A DNA stretch of 64,000 nucleotides from a virus. The DNA lies in IMG/VR virus record IMGVR_UViG_3300045972_000807, positions 1 through 64,000 of that record, one strand, 5' to 3'. The notes under the pieces were generated by a model, which made no database searches, was not told the origin of the DNA, and was given only the letters and a program-made list of their open reading frames with translations. Below are positions 8,677-18,449 of the stretch, piece after piece (the stretch's first letter is position 1; every line of letters starts with the position of its first letter). The position numbers and the translations under genes were made by a program.

Positions 8677-10518
8677 TTACCATCCTATTTTCGGCATTGT
8701 GCCATGCTTGGCAAGCAGTTGTTTCTTAACTTCAGCAAACCTATGTGGGTCACTCAAGGACTTGACCGCCTTAACGATCTTGTCGTTGGCCATCTGGGTT
8801 TCATTGGCCGACGCAGGAACAGGCTTGCCTGATTTGTTGTACTTGAAGTCTCCACCGAACTCGCGATCCAAAAGGCTAGGAGTGGGAGTACGCAGCGCGC
8901 TCTTCATTGGGTACGAGTCAACGTGCTTACGGAAATCATCCAGAGACATTAGAGACGCCTCTTCGGTTGTGTCTCCGCTATCGCCAGTATCTTGTCCGTC
9001 GCCAGGTTGCCCAGGTTTCTTGCTAGGGTCAGTGCCCATGAGCTTAGCTATCTGATCCCGAATTTCCTTGTCCTGTGCCAAGTCGAACAGGGAAGCACTC
9101 AGGTCGATATTGGCAGCCGCCGCCCAGGTCTTTAGTCCAACAGGGAAACCCTTTTCAGACAGCTTGTCCAAGTTCTCTAACAGAGCAGCACTGTTAGGGG
9201 TCTTCAAGTTCTTTGCCCACTGAATGGTCGGCATCTTCAGGTTCTTGGTATTCCTCATGTTGTACAGAAGACTCTCAAGCGTTCCTTTGTCCCGAACTTC
9301 CTTGGGGTCCTTGTACAGCTGATTTGTAATGGCAATCAGCGGGAACAGCTTGGAGTAGAACAGCTTGTGAGTGAGGTACTCCCGATAGCTGTCCAGGTTG
9401 TCCATGAACATAGTCAGGGACGCTTCAGCATTAGCGTAAGTCGCATCGGACGACAAGAACGCTTCTGATATTCCCAAAGCTCGCAGCTTGTAAGGCACCA
9501 GTACGTCAGCGCTGTCTGTCCACTTCCAGATTTCACCAGCGGGACGAATGTCAGACAGAGTAACGCCTTGCCGTGTAGCAACCCAAGCGCCTAAAGGATC
9601 CATATCCGACATTTGGAACTTCTGAGTGTACTCCAGCATCTCAGCCGCAGTAGGTTCCCAGTCGTCAGTACCCATCATGATCTGGGTAGTAGCCCGCTGC
9701 CGCTTTGAAGCCTCAGTCAGTGTCCCACGGAACAGAGTCTTCTCAAGCATATACATTGGCAAAAGCCGACGCAGGTAAGACACACAAGCGCTGTCTTGTG
9801 TACCCTTACGAAGAGCAAGCAACGTCGTAACCGGGTCAAGGACATTGGACCCGTTCATAAAGTTCTCAAGGATCTTAGTCGGGTAGCCGCGCAGGGTAGC
9901 GTCAGCATACGGACTATAAGATGCCATGAACTGCTTCAGGTTGTTGGCGCTGTTAACCACCACCACTGGATCAACCGAGAACAAAGGCTGCGGACTGATA
10001 GTGGAGTTAAACCGGTCATGAACCAGGACGTCATGGAAGCCGTTAGTCTTGTTGTCATACAGCAGTGTCCCAATGAAAGCGCCGTCCACCAAAAAGTTGC
10101 GGGATATCTGCGGAAGCATAATCCGCATGTCCAACCGGGCTAACGCATCAGCGTAAAGCTCAGACACCTGCTGGTCAGCACCTGTAAGAGTCCAGTTGCT
10201 GAAAGCAAGTCCACATTGTAGGTCAACGGCTGAGCCTCCTACGTTGTCGTAGTGCCAGATATCTCGCAGCAAGATTCCCAGCTGAGCATCATCGCTGGAG
10301 TTGTCAGGGATGATACCGCGGAACATCGTTGAGAATTGAACGCCGCCGAACATGCCAACGCTCATAGCCGAATCTGCGAACGCGGTCTCTTTATGCTGTC
10401 CGTTAGCTGAGCTACCTGTCCCTTTGGACAGGTACTGGGCGCGTGACCCACCAGGGTTAACTGCCTGGCTACGCTTTTGGAGTACTCCGTTTGCTACGGA
10501 CACACGGGATTTGAACAT
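8677..10518 (-). CDS. portal protein (putative)
   Basis: 613 aa directly downstream of terminase; helical core, portal-like FLSSDATYANAE segment, low-complexity C-terminal tail. Confidence 0.75.
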   Translation of the reverse strand: MFKSRVSVANGVLQKRSQAVNPGGSRAQYLSKGTGSSANGQHKETAFADSAMSVGMFGGVQFSTMFRGIIPDNSSDDAQLGILLRDIWHYDNVGGSAVDLQCGLAFSNWTLTGADQQVSELYADALARLDMRIMLPQISRNFLVDGAFIGTLLYDNKTNGFHDVLVHDRFNSTISPQPLFSVDPVVVVNSANNLKQFMASYSPYADATLRGYPTKILENFMNGSNVLDPVTTLLALRKGTQDSACVSYLRRLLPMYMLEKTLFRGTLTEASKRQRATTQIMMGTDDWEPTAAEMLEYTQKFQMSDMDPLGAWVATRQGVTLSDIRPAGEIWKWTDSADVLVPYKLRALGISEAFLSSDATYANAEASLTMFMDNLDSYREYLTHKLFYSKLFPLIAITNQLYKDPKEVRDKGTLESLLYNMRNTKNLKMPTIQWAKNLKTPNSAALLENLDKLSEKGFPVGLKTWAAAANIDLSASLFDLAQDKEIRDQIAKLMGTDPSKKPGQPGDGQDTGDSGDTTEEASLMSLDDFRKHVDSYPMKSALRTPTPSLLDREFGGDFKYNKSGKPVPASANETQMANDKIVKAVKSLSDPHRFAEVKKQLLAKHGTMPKIGW

Positions 10519-10561
10519 TGTGGTTTATCCTTAATTACAGGTTAGACCCCTGCTTTACTAT

Positions 10562-10571
10562 ATTAAAATTG
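10562..10571 (-). promoter_or_regulatory. candidate late-promoter element CAATTTTAAT
   Basis: Related sites lie upstream of other structural blocks (47536-47545, 55639-55647, 40241-40250). Confidence 0.4.
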
Positions 10572-10572
10572 T

Positions 10573-12738
10573 TCAGTACCTGCGGCGGCCGAAGCCCCCG
10601 GCAAATACCTGGGAGAAGTTGAATGAGGAATTCCCTGCCACTAAGATACCCGGATTGTCTGAAATCTCACGATCAATTTCTTTGAATTTAGACAGATACT
10701 TGGCTACCCGCTCGTTAAGAATCCCTGTTACTGCCAAGACCATCGCTCGGTGTAAGTCATCCGTATAGCGTATCCCTGAAGGAGACGCGCCCTTAGTAAC
10801 GGTACCACCAAGCTCTTGTACGGTTAGCATCTGAAGGTACAGGTGGTCAGAGGGATGATCTCGTAGCTCACGCTTGTAGTCAGTTATAAGTTCTGTCCTA
10901 CCCGGATCAAGATCTAATTTGGGCAAGTACAGGCAGCCACTCTCAACTAAGCTTACCACGTTAGTAAAATCTCCCATTTTTACGCTGTACTGCTGAGATT
11001 TAAGATCCTTAACGTCGTCTTGTGCCTGCTGTAGAATCTGGAGAGAGTTCCAACGGTCTGACAGGAGTGCTTTAACGTTACACTCTTTACAGATAGGCAG
11101 AATAATCTTTTGGTACATCGTAGGGAAATGAATTACCTTTCCCGGTTGAGGAACTACCTCAATAAGAACTGGCACCCTAATGTCACCGCCCATCCGGTAA
11201 GATAGTGCTAACGAAAAAGCGTTATCGGTGGAACCTGCGTCAAGTGCTAGTATCGAGGGTGGATGCTTTGCTGACTTGTATTTACGAACAGCCCTTGCTA
11301 CTGTATGCTCAGAACTAGCTTCATAGGCTACACCGTACCACGGTTCGATTTGAAAGCACGCAAGCGCGCTATCCCGTTGGTAAAAGTCAGAACCAATCTT
11401 AGGAGGGTTAGCCCCGTAATCTCGTTCTGCCTTCTTAGCATTACGTCTGTACGCTGCAACAATGGTGGGATGCTCACGTGGGAACATCGGTGTTATTTCC
11501 CACGTGGGCTGCTTAACACAGCACGCATTCGGGTTGTCGTTATTCTCTAGGTACAGGCGACAGATCTTATCCATCCAAGAGAACGGACTACTGATGTTAA
11601 AGTTGATGCCTTGGCAAAGGTGCTGAATGCCTTTTTCCCGGGCGGCAATAATAGCACCCTGCACAGTAGTCAAGCTATTGGATAGTGACTGGTGAACTTC
11701 GTCTGCATTTGCCCGTTCACGGTCATCGCCATCCCCATCCTCGGACTGATCCGGGTTGAATGGAAACAAACCTAATTCGTCGGTAACTGCTGCGAACCGC
11801 GTATCACCGCGAAGTGTTCTCTTAGCTGGGCCTGAGGAATACAGGTCCAAGTTTCTATGGAACAGGCGTAGGTACAAACCATTGACCTGCTTGAACTGGT
11901 AAAGCTCTTTTCCTGTCTCTAAACGCTTGGCGTCCAGAATTTGGAACAGCTCTTTGTACCAGGTAGAGCTAGCAATAAGCCGTCTGAACGGTGACCAGAG
12001 AGTCTTAGCTGCCTGGTGGGATGTGGTGGCAACCATAGTACACGTAAGCGGAGAGAACTCCTGAATACCGCTATACATAGAACTTAGCTTAGGGCTCTTA
12101 AGTAGCACATGAGTAACGTAGGCTATTAGCATAACGCTAACAGTGGACTTGCCTGACCGCTGCCCAGCGATCATAATCAATTCTGTCTTGTCGTGTAGCT
12201 CGCCGGAAGCCACAAGCTCGTGCTTGGTGGCCTCGCAGTACGGGCAAATCCCGAACTCAAGGAAGGCTACCTTCTTACGAAAATCCTTTGGATCCATGTC
12301 CACAGGGATGTTCATAATGTCCTCGTACCAGAAAGGCTTGGTACACCTTGGGCAGAACTCAGCCAGCAAGACATACGACATGTACATCTGACGAGCAAAG
12401 GGCATCTGTCCTGTACCGATAACCCTAACGCAGAAGTCAAAGAAGTTCTTAGCCATTGGGAGGCTAGAGTCGTCTACCCGCAGATCGCGAACTGTATTGG
12501 TTTCGGGATCATACGCCTTTGCCATTGCATTGGCAACAAAGTTGTCATCAGCATCGTCGGGTAACAATTCCTCAACCGTGGAAACCCATTCCACTTCTCC
12601 ATTAGGAAGTAGCTCAGCATTTACGGGATGATCTTTAACTATACGCTTCCACTTGTCGCAGGAGTACCCTACTATCTTGACCTTCTTAGGATCAGGACAG
12701 GTAAGAAACTTAGCACAGTTAAGACACTTTTTAGCCAT
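10573..12738 (-). CDS. terL: terminase large subunit
   Basis: Walker A GQRSGKS, Walker B AAVTDE, coupling motif ISSP, RNase H-fold LALDAG and DDL; N-terminal Cys clusters. Confidence 0.88.
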   Translation of the reverse strand: MAKKCLNCAKFLTCPDPKKVKIVGYSCDKWKRIVKDHPVNAELLPNGEVEWVSTVEELLPDDADDNFVANAMAKAYDPETNTVRDLRVDDSSLPMAKNFFDFCVRVIGTGQMPFARQMYMSYVLLAEFCPRCTKPFWYEDIMNIPVDMDPKDFRKKVAFLEFGICPYCEATKHELVASGELHDKTELIMIAGQRSGKSTVSVMLIAYVTHVLLKSPKLSSMYSGIQEFSPLTCTMVATTSHQAAKTLWSPFRRLIASSTWYKELFQILDAKRLETGKELYQFKQVNGLYLRLFHRNLDLYSSGPAKRTLRGDTRFAAVTDELGLFPFNPDQSEDGDGDDRERANADEVHQSLSNSLTTVQGAIIAAREKGIQHLCQGINFNISSPFSWMDKICRLYLENNDNPNACCVKQPTWEITPMFPREHPTIVAAYRRNAKKAERDYGANPPKIGSDFYQRDSALACFQIEPWYGVAYEASSEHTVARAVRKYKSAKHPPSILALDAGSTDNAFSLALSYRMGGDIRVPVLIEVVPQPGKVIHFPTMYQKIILPICKECNVKALLSDRWNSLQILQQAQDDVKDLKSQQYSVKMGDFTNVVSLVESGCLYLPKLDLDPGRTELITDYKRELRDHPSDHLYLQMLTVQELGGTVTKGASPSGIRYTDDLHRAMVLAVTGILNERVAKYLSKFKEIDREISDNPGILVAGNSSFNFSQVFAGGFGRRRY

Positions 12739-12753
12739 ATCGGAAATCCAAAC

Positions 12754-12788
12754 AAAAATGGCCCGTACACCGTTACCAGCGCCGGGCC
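12754..12788 (-). terminator. probable intrinsic terminator
   Basis: Minus strand GGCCCG-GCGCTG-GTAA-CGGTGT-A-CGGGCC followed by ATTTTTG (GNRA loop, G-U pairs). Confidence 0.55.
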
Positions 12789-12794
12789 CCTACG

Positions 12795-13061
12795 TTACCT
12801 GATTAAGTCTAAGAGTTCGCCATCTTCACCACGCAGGTAGTAGTGCGCGTGAAGGACGGTTAGGCGACCTACCCCATCCACAAAGTGTACCGTGTCCTCT
12901 TTAAGGAGGTCCAGCTCTTCTATGGGTGTAGTGTGCTCTAACCGTACCGTTAAGATTGTTACGAAGTCTTCTACCTTCTTGAACACAGAAGAAACTGTGC
13001 CCAAGTCAGCGTCAGCATAGTCCTCAATCGGCGTCGTCGTCCGCGTCGTCGTCTGAGTCAT
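12795..13061 (-). CDS. hypothetical protein (start uncertain)
   Basis: Only sizeable ORF between recA and terL; its 5' end overlaps the recA tail. Confidence 0.45.
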   Translation of the reverse strand: MTQTTTRTTTPIEDYADADLGTVSSVFKKVEDFVTILTVRLEHTTPIEELDLLKEDTVHFVDGVGRLTVLHAHYYLRGEDGELLDLIR

Positions 13062-14553
13062 CGGCTGCTTTAGCCTTCGCATTCCCCTTCGTTTGCTTAG
13101 CTTCCCAGTATAGTGCATCGAGTGCCCCCTTTTTGGATAGGTTTATTAGGCCGCGGCGCAAGTTGACAGGCTTGTACCCTAATGCTTTGCAGACTTCCGC
13201 CCGCTGCTCAGGTGTGCCGATGATTAGCTTCTTGAAAGTAAGCCAGTCAATGTTCTTTTTAGCTTCGCCGAGACCCGGAATGTTTAGCCGCATACTGCTG
13301 CGCTTGCCAGTAATGATGCCGCACAGGAAACCGGTATAGAAAGTGTCCCACACAAGATCATAACCGCGTGCTTCGCCGGTTGAATCAGAAACCCACAACC
13401 GTAGCCACATTTCCTGTTGTGGCGTACTGAGTTTGTTCTTGATCGTCTTGCAGTGGATGTAGCGATAGGTATCTTCACCGCTGCCATCAACAGAAGGCTC
13501 CTTTTCGATCATGCCCTCACCCTTCGGGTGGAAGGGAACACCTGACAACGCACGTGGGTAAACCCGCATACGCTGATCGCTGTTGAACTTGAGTGCTTCG
13601 CCGCAAGGCTCACGCTCAGGGCTTCCGAACATCGCACCCGGGTTCAGACGCAGCTGGTTGATACCCAGCAACGCGATACGCTTGGCCCGTACAAAGCCCT
13701 TGACGCGAGGCAGGTGCAGCGAGAACATACGCGCCTGCACAGCCATAGCCTTCGTGTGCTCATCATTGTCCTGAGCTAACGGCATCAACGACGGATAGCT
13801 ATCAACGATGATAACCGCCTGCAAGCTATCGTCCTTGGCCGGTACCCAGATGCCATGATTGGCTTTGCTCATTACCTTGTCGGCATGAGCCAAATACTTG
13901 GCCTGGTTTGGCTTTGTGTTCTCGTACACGTACCACCAGCGGTCATTGTCGTACCGCTTGTCGGGCAAACGCTTGAGTAGCGCATGAAGCCAGTTAAAGA
14001 AGTCCTCGCCCACCGCTGAGTCTTGGTAGTACACAAGCGGCTTAACCGTATATACTCCTTTCTTGCGAACGCCAAAGATTTCCTCAAACGGCCGGTGAAT
14101 GCCTTGCTCGTTCAGAATATTCTGAATGTAGTCAGAGCTACTACCGGAAGATTGCTCTGCGTCCCACAGCGTAGATATAGGTACGCCCTGGTTGATTGTT
14201 GCCGCCATGATCGTGATGGCCAGCGTTGTCTTGGCTGATTGCTCCGGGCCGAAGATGGTACACATCGTTGGGCCTATGCCACGACCTAGAATCAGGTCGA
14301 TGCCTAGCAGGCCGGAGTGCATACGCGATTCTTCTGATAGCGATATGCTGTTGAGCTTTACAACGCCTGAAACTTCTTCCAACAAACCCAAGTAGTCCAT
14401 CTCGCCGGGAGACGTCTTGACTTTAGAGGACTTAATCTTTTTTACGGGAACGTCTTCTACTTCTTGTTCTACTACCCTACGTACCTTGGCCTTGCGGACT
14501 GGCACTTCTTCCTCAACCTCTGCTGCTTTTCGTTTTGATGCTGCTGTTACCAC
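13024..14553 (-). CDS. recA: RecA/UvsX-like recombinase
   Basis: SGLLGIDLILG, Walker A variant GPEQSAKTT, WDAE, IIVDS, QARMFS, INQLR, PCGEALKFNSDQR, KNK; carries an insertion and a charged N-terminal extension. Confidence 0.9.
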   Translation of the reverse strand: MVTAASKRKAAEVEEEVPVRKAKVRRVVEQEVEDVPVKKIKSSKVKTSPGEMDYLGLLEEVSGVVKLNSISLSEESRMHSGLLGIDLILGRGIGPTMCTIFGPEQSAKTTLAITIMAATINQGVPISTLWDAEQSSGSSSDYIQNILNEQGIHRPFEEIFGVRKKGVYTVKPLVYYQDSAVGEDFFNWLHALLKRLPDKRYDNDRWWYVYENTKPNQAKYLAHADKVMSKANHGIWVPAKDDSLQAVIIVDSYPSLMPLAQDNDEHTKAMAVQARMFSLHLPRVKGFVRAKRIALLGINQLRLNPGAMFGSPEREPCGEALKFNSDQRMRVYPRALSGVPFHPKGEGMIEKEPSVDGSGEDTYRYIHCKTIKNKLSTPQQEMWLRLWVSDSTGEARGYDLVWDTFYTGFLCGIITGKRSSMRLNIPGLGEAKKNIDWLTFKKLIIGTPEQRAEVCKALGYKPVNLRRGLINLSKKGALDALYWEAKQTKGNAKAKAADDSDDDADDDAD

Positions 14554-14571
14554 GGTTTTATTCCTTTAAAT

Positions 14572-14605
14572 AGGGCCGTCCGACATTAGCCGGCGGCCCT
14601 TTTTT
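14572..14605. terminator. probable terminator downstream of the SSB gene
   Basis: AGGGCCGTCCG...CGGCGGCCCT hairpin flanked by T/A runs. Confidence 0.65.
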
Positions 14606-14628
14606 AGCTCCTGCAGATTACCTGAGTG

Positions 14629-15903
14629 TTAAAACTCGTCGTCTTCGTCGTCGTCAACCGCAGCCTTTTTCTTGGCTGCTGGTTTCTTGGCAGCCGCAGC
14701 TGGTTTCTTTTTCGGAGGAGGAGCGTCGTCTTCATCCTCGTCCTCGTCTTCATCGTCGTCAACCACGGCCTTCTTCTTGGCAGCAGGCTTGGCTTTGGCC
14801 TTGGCCTTTGCCGGTGGCTCGTCATCTTCGTCCTCTTCATCTTCGTCGTCTTCATCTACGACAGGCTTTTTCTTTGCGGCCGGTTTCTTCTTGGCAGGAG
14901 GCTCATCTTCGTCCTCGTCGTCGAAGTCATCGTCCTCATCGTCAGCCGCCGGCTTCTTCTTGGCAGCTGGTTTCTTCTTCGCCGGTGGCTCGTCGTCCTC
15001 ATCTTCGTCGAAGTCGTCATCTTCGTCATCGGCGGCTGGCTTGGCCTTAGCCTTAGCAGCAGGTTTCTTCTTCGGCGGAGGAGTATCGTCCTCGTCTTCT
15101 TCGTCTTCTTCATCGTCCTCGTCGGCGACTTTCTTCTTGCCCTTGGCCGCCGGTTTGTCTTCCATGAAGCCCATGCGCTTGGCCCACTTGGCGTACTCGG
15201 CCTCGGCTTCCTTCTGCGTGGGCGTAATCATCAGTGCTGACAAATCCCAGATCAGGTACGTGCGCTCTTCCTTGGTCAAAGGAGCCTGGGTGCCCATCTG
15301 CACTTCGTACATTTGTGCAGGTGCCACTGACTTGTCACGCTTGATGCTGACGTCTGCGCCGTAACGTGGATGTGCAACCGAGTAGTTGACTGTTTCGCCT
15401 TCAGCGTTTTCAACAGTGTTGAGCTGCTTCAGATCTTGCAGGCGGCGGAGAACCGAGCCTGTCAAGCGAACTGCCTTGACCGGAGTCCAGCTTTCACTGG
15501 CCTTCGACTTGTAACCTGATTCTTGCTCTTCAGCAGTGGCCTTGATTTTGACTGGTTTGTTGGCCTGGTCTTTGCGGTGAACCGCATTGATGAAGTAGTC
15601 CATAGCGAACCGAACGTGGCCGCTTTCGTCGTCGCACCACGGGCAATGCTTCGTGCTGTCCTGACGACCTGTTTCAATGTCGAACGCTGCACATGGGTAA
15701 TAGAAGTTACCCTTGCCGCCGTCCTTCTTCTTCGTTTCAATCCAGTGACCGCCATAAGCGTGAACTGAACCGAACGGGCGGAGCTTCACAAACTTCTTGT
15801 CGGGCAGATCATAGAGATCAACCACGTCAGCGGGCTTGCGAATATCGCCTTGACCTTTAACCTGGACATCGTCCATGTCAAAACCTGTTTTCTTCGTAAC
15901 CAT
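14629..15903 (-). CDS. single-stranded DNA-binding protein (gp32-like) with long charge-block tail
   Basis: His/Cys Zn-type motif (GHW...YPC...CPWC), YGADVSIKR, adjacent to recA, acidic DDEF C-terminus. Confidence 0.7.
   Translation of the reverse strand: MVTKKTGFDMDDVQVKGQGDIRKPADVVDLYDLPDKKFVKLRPFGSVHAYGGHWIETKKKDGGKGNFYYPCAAFDIETGRQDSTKHCPWCDDESGHVRFAMDYFINAVHRKDQANKPVKIKATAEEQESGYKSKASESWTPVKAVRLTGSVLRRLQDLKQLNTVENAEGETVNYSVAHPRYGADVSIKRDKSVAPAQMYEVQMGTQAPLTKEERTYLIWDLSALMITPTQKEAEAEYAKWAKRMGFMEDKPAAKGKKKVADEDDEEDEEDEDDTPPPKKKPAAKAKAKPAADDEDDDFDEDEDDEPPAKKKPAAKKKPAADDEDDDFDDEDEDEPPAKKKPAAKKKPVVDEDDEDEEDEDDEPPAKAKAKAKPAAKKKAVVDDDEDEDEDEDDAPPPKKKPAAAAKKPAAKKKAAVDDDEDDEF
14632..15160 (-). 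repeat. coding repeat of alternating D/E blocks and PPxKKKPAAK blocks
   Basis: Six acidic tracts separated by Lys/Pro/Ala tracts; tcgtc/tcttc-rich DNA. Confidence 0.9.
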
Positions 15904-15938
15904 AGAACACTCCTGTTAAAACTGTACTGCACCTACTA

Positions 15939-16970
15939 TTAAAAGTTTTTCGATCCAAGTAGCTTTTTTTCTCTTATGGATAGAATCTCTTCAATGCCTA
16001 ACGTCTTCCTAACCTCGCCTTTAGGGTCTGCTAGCTTAGCCAGAAATCTAATGGTCGACGGGGACTCGCCTTTTATTAAACCTACGTCCACTGCATCTAC
16101 TGAAAGTTCAGCAGACCCAGCCCTAGTATCATCGTCCCCGGAGACCCAGTTAGACTCATCGTCACCCGGCAGAACAGATTCGTTCCTGCCGGTGTCATAT
16201 CTTGTGGCGCAATGCTTGCGCGCTGTAAAAAACCAGTTGCGTATATGCGTTGTTAGAGGTCCTTTCTCGTAATCACATTTATCAATCGCCCTTGCGGACG
16301 CCAAGATGTACTCACCGCACATATCGTTGAGGCTAATGCGGCAATCAAAATACTGGACGTAGTCCCGTTGCGCCGTCATGATCGACAGGCGTATGTACTT
16401 GCTGAGGATAGCACCTCGGTACTCAGCCGCCAGCGTAGCCTGGTGCCTCACTAAGGTAAGGCAGTGAAACAGATTACCACCTGGCACTAGCAGGCGCTTT
16501 TCTGTCTCTGAAACAATACGCAGGTGTTCCTGATTCTCTATGCTGCGTAGCTTAGAAAGAGCTTCGTAGTCTTTGCACTCGTCCAGGAACGAATGGCAAG
16601 CAAGTAAGGCGACGCCCCTATCCAAGCGCAAGGTGCCTATGGTCTTAACCTTCTCCGCCCTAGGCTTTAGTATCCAAGTTATGGCTGCTTCAATGAACTG
16701 CCGCTTGGACAAAAGAGAAACCCGTCTCCGGTAGTTCTCTTCTTGCCAGCCTATGAGCCCCGTAACGACCACGTCTAAGTATCGAGTGTTCTCTACGATG
16801 CATTTCAATGCGCCGTTTAGGTATCGGTCCAAAGTCTCTAGGTATTGAGATGTGGTCAAGTTACCATCCATCTCTCCGCTAGACGCCTTTAGTATTCCGA
16901 AGACCCAAGAGTTCTCGTACTTGCTGTTGGTTTCTTTTGTACGGTTTGTTCCGCCAGTGCCGGTAGCCAT
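15939..16970 (-). CDS. phage sigma70-family RNA polymerase sigma factor (region 2 recognisable)
   Basis: ILSKYIRLSIMTAQRDY...SLNDMCGEYILASARAIDKCDYEKGPLTTHIRNWF aligns with sigma70 regions 2.1-2.4. Confidence 0.7.
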   Translation of the reverse strand: MATGTGGTNRTKETNSKYENSWVFGILKASSGEMDGNLTTSQYLETLDRYLNGALKCIVENTRYLDVVVTGLIGWQEENYRRRVSLLSKRQFIEAAITWILKPRAEKVKTIGTLRLDRGVALLACHSFLDECKDYEALSKLRSIENQEHLRIVSETEKRLLVPGGNLFHCLTLVRHQATLAAEYRGAILSKYIRLSIMTAQRDYVQYFDCRISLNDMCGEYILASARAIDKCDYEKGPLTTHIRNWFFTARKHCATRYDTGRNESVLPGDDESNWVSGDDDTRAGSAELSVDAVDVGLIKGESPSTIRFLAKLADPKGEVRKTLGIEEILSIREKKLLGSKNF

Positions 16971-16992
16971 TTTTTGCCCCTAGTGTGTTTTG

Positions 16993-17406
16993 CTAATCTT
17001 TGAATGAAAGGTCAGCGTTCAGGAAACCCTTCTCGAATAACGACTTGAAAGTCATTACCAAGTGCTTACAGCACGCAGGTTTACCTGGGGTAACAGGAGC
17101 CTCACCGTTGCAATAGTGAATGTCAGCAGCGCCCTTCTGCCAAAGCCTATATTCCCAACGGTACATAAAGTCTGAGCAACTGCACGAAACCTTCACGTTG
17201 CTCTTCGCGTCTATCTGGGTAACAGCGCAGGCGTACACGTAACCTTTGGGGTCACCCTGCTTCTTGCTATAGGCTTTAGATATGGCTTTGAACAGCCCAG
17301 TGGACTTAGACACGCCTGTCTTAAGCCCTGTAATGCGAACGTACTCAGCTCTTTCGTGCCGACCAAAATCGACATTTTTCAGAATACGCATAGGTGTCAT
17401 TGGCAT
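16993..17406 (-). CDS. SWIM zinc-finger protein
   Basis: VSCSCSDF...CCKH. Confidence 0.8.
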   Translation of the reverse strand: MPMTPMRILKNVDFGRHERAEYVRITGLKTGVSKSTGLFKAISKAYSKKQGDPKGYVYACAVTQIDAKSNVKVSCSCSDFMYRWEYRLWQKGAADIHYCNGEAPVTPGKPACCKHLVMTFKSLFEKGFLNADLSFKD

Positions 17407-17432
17407 ACAATTCCCTTTCAAGGATCTCTTAA

Positions 17433-18449
17433 CTAATCAGATTTAGATCCGTAGTCTCTACCCTTGTTGCCGATAGCGTGCTGAACGGTTTCCTCGACTA
17501 GCCTTACGACTATCTTCGGAAGCGTTACCCCAGTCATGTAGAGCGCCAAAGCTTCTGCAAGAGTTTCCTGCACGTTCTTTGTAGCGTATTCCGTGATGAT
17601 CGGGTTAAGATCAGTGCTATGAAGATCCTCAGTGGGCCACAAGCCTTTAAGGATATCAAATTCTTCGGCAGCTATTAGGACGTTAATGTCCCTCGGCCCT
17701 AACTTATGAGACTGCTTTATGGATCGCAGTATTAAATTAGTCTTAGCTTTTTGAGTGTCATCCTCAAAGGCACTCTTCCAGTTCCCAATGGAGTCGGACG
17801 CCTTGAACGGCTTCCACATAGCCCGAGCTTCCTCCAAGGTTACCGTAGTGGGTTGGACGCTTCGCATGTAGAGCTGAACCCACTCGGCCCGAAGTTTCTT
17901 GCTGTTAAGCAAGTAATGGTCCAAAGCGTGGGCCATCTCATGCAGGATAACGTAGCTGTTAAGCTCGATCTGCGTGGTGTCGGCGGTGCACAAGGTAACA
18001 CGGGAAACTTCTTTACCCGGCTTAAACCACCCAGCGTACTTGCTGACCTTGTGTTTCAGTTCGTAAACCACAGGCATCTCAAGCATGAACAGCAGCCCAT
18101 GATGCTTTAGAACCTTAATGGCTGCCTTAGTTCCTTCAACCGCTGTGGCCTCGGCTTCCTTCGAGAACTTGGAGAACTTGTGGAACTCAATACCCATGCC
18201 GGTGTCCACAGCACCCCGGTACAGGTGCGTGAGGTTCTGACCGTACACAGTACCTGGCTCAGGATCACTGCCCAAGTTAAGGACGATTGAGTCTTTGGGA
18301 ATCTCAACCCGCTTGGGGCTAAAATGCCGATCCTTTTCAAGGTCGACCAAGATGCCTTCACTGGTGGGCTTAACCGCCTGGCCCAAATGGTAAACCGTAT
18401 CCTGGTTCTCCCGAAAGGTCTTGAATACAAGGTAATCGTTCTTTTTCAC
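17433..18449 (-). CDS. zincin-like metallopeptidase domain protein
   Basis: VILHEMAHALD and downstream EYATKNVQETLAEA. Confidence 0.7.
   Translation of the reverse strand: MKKNDYLVFKTFRENQDTVYHLGQAVKPTSEGILVDLEKDRHFSPKRVEIPKDSIVLNLGSDPEPGTVYGQNLTHLYRGAVDTGMGIEFHKFSKFSKEAEATAVEGTKAAIKVLKHHGLLFMLEMPVVYELKHKVSKYAGWFKPGKEVSRVTLCTADTTQIELNSYVILHEMAHALDHYLLNSKKLRAEWVQLYMRSVQPTTVTLEEARAMWKPFKASDSIGNWKSAFEDDTQKAKTNLILRSIKQSHKLGPRDINVLIAAEEFDILKGLWPTEDLHSTDLNPIITEYATKNVQETLAEALALYMTGVTLPKIVVRLVEETVQHAIGNKGRDYGSKSD

Noticed and set aside
12971-13027. Good RBS (GAGGA) and ATG at 13018 suggesting a programmed frameshift into the 12795 ORF
   Set aside because: That frame closes after 15 codons and no slippery site is evident; an upstream in-frame ATG (13061) explains the gene.
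14604-15364. Long alternative-frame and antisense ORFs over the SSB tail
   Set aside because: These are shadows of a low-complexity repeat that lacks stop codons; they have no RBS or protein-like composition.
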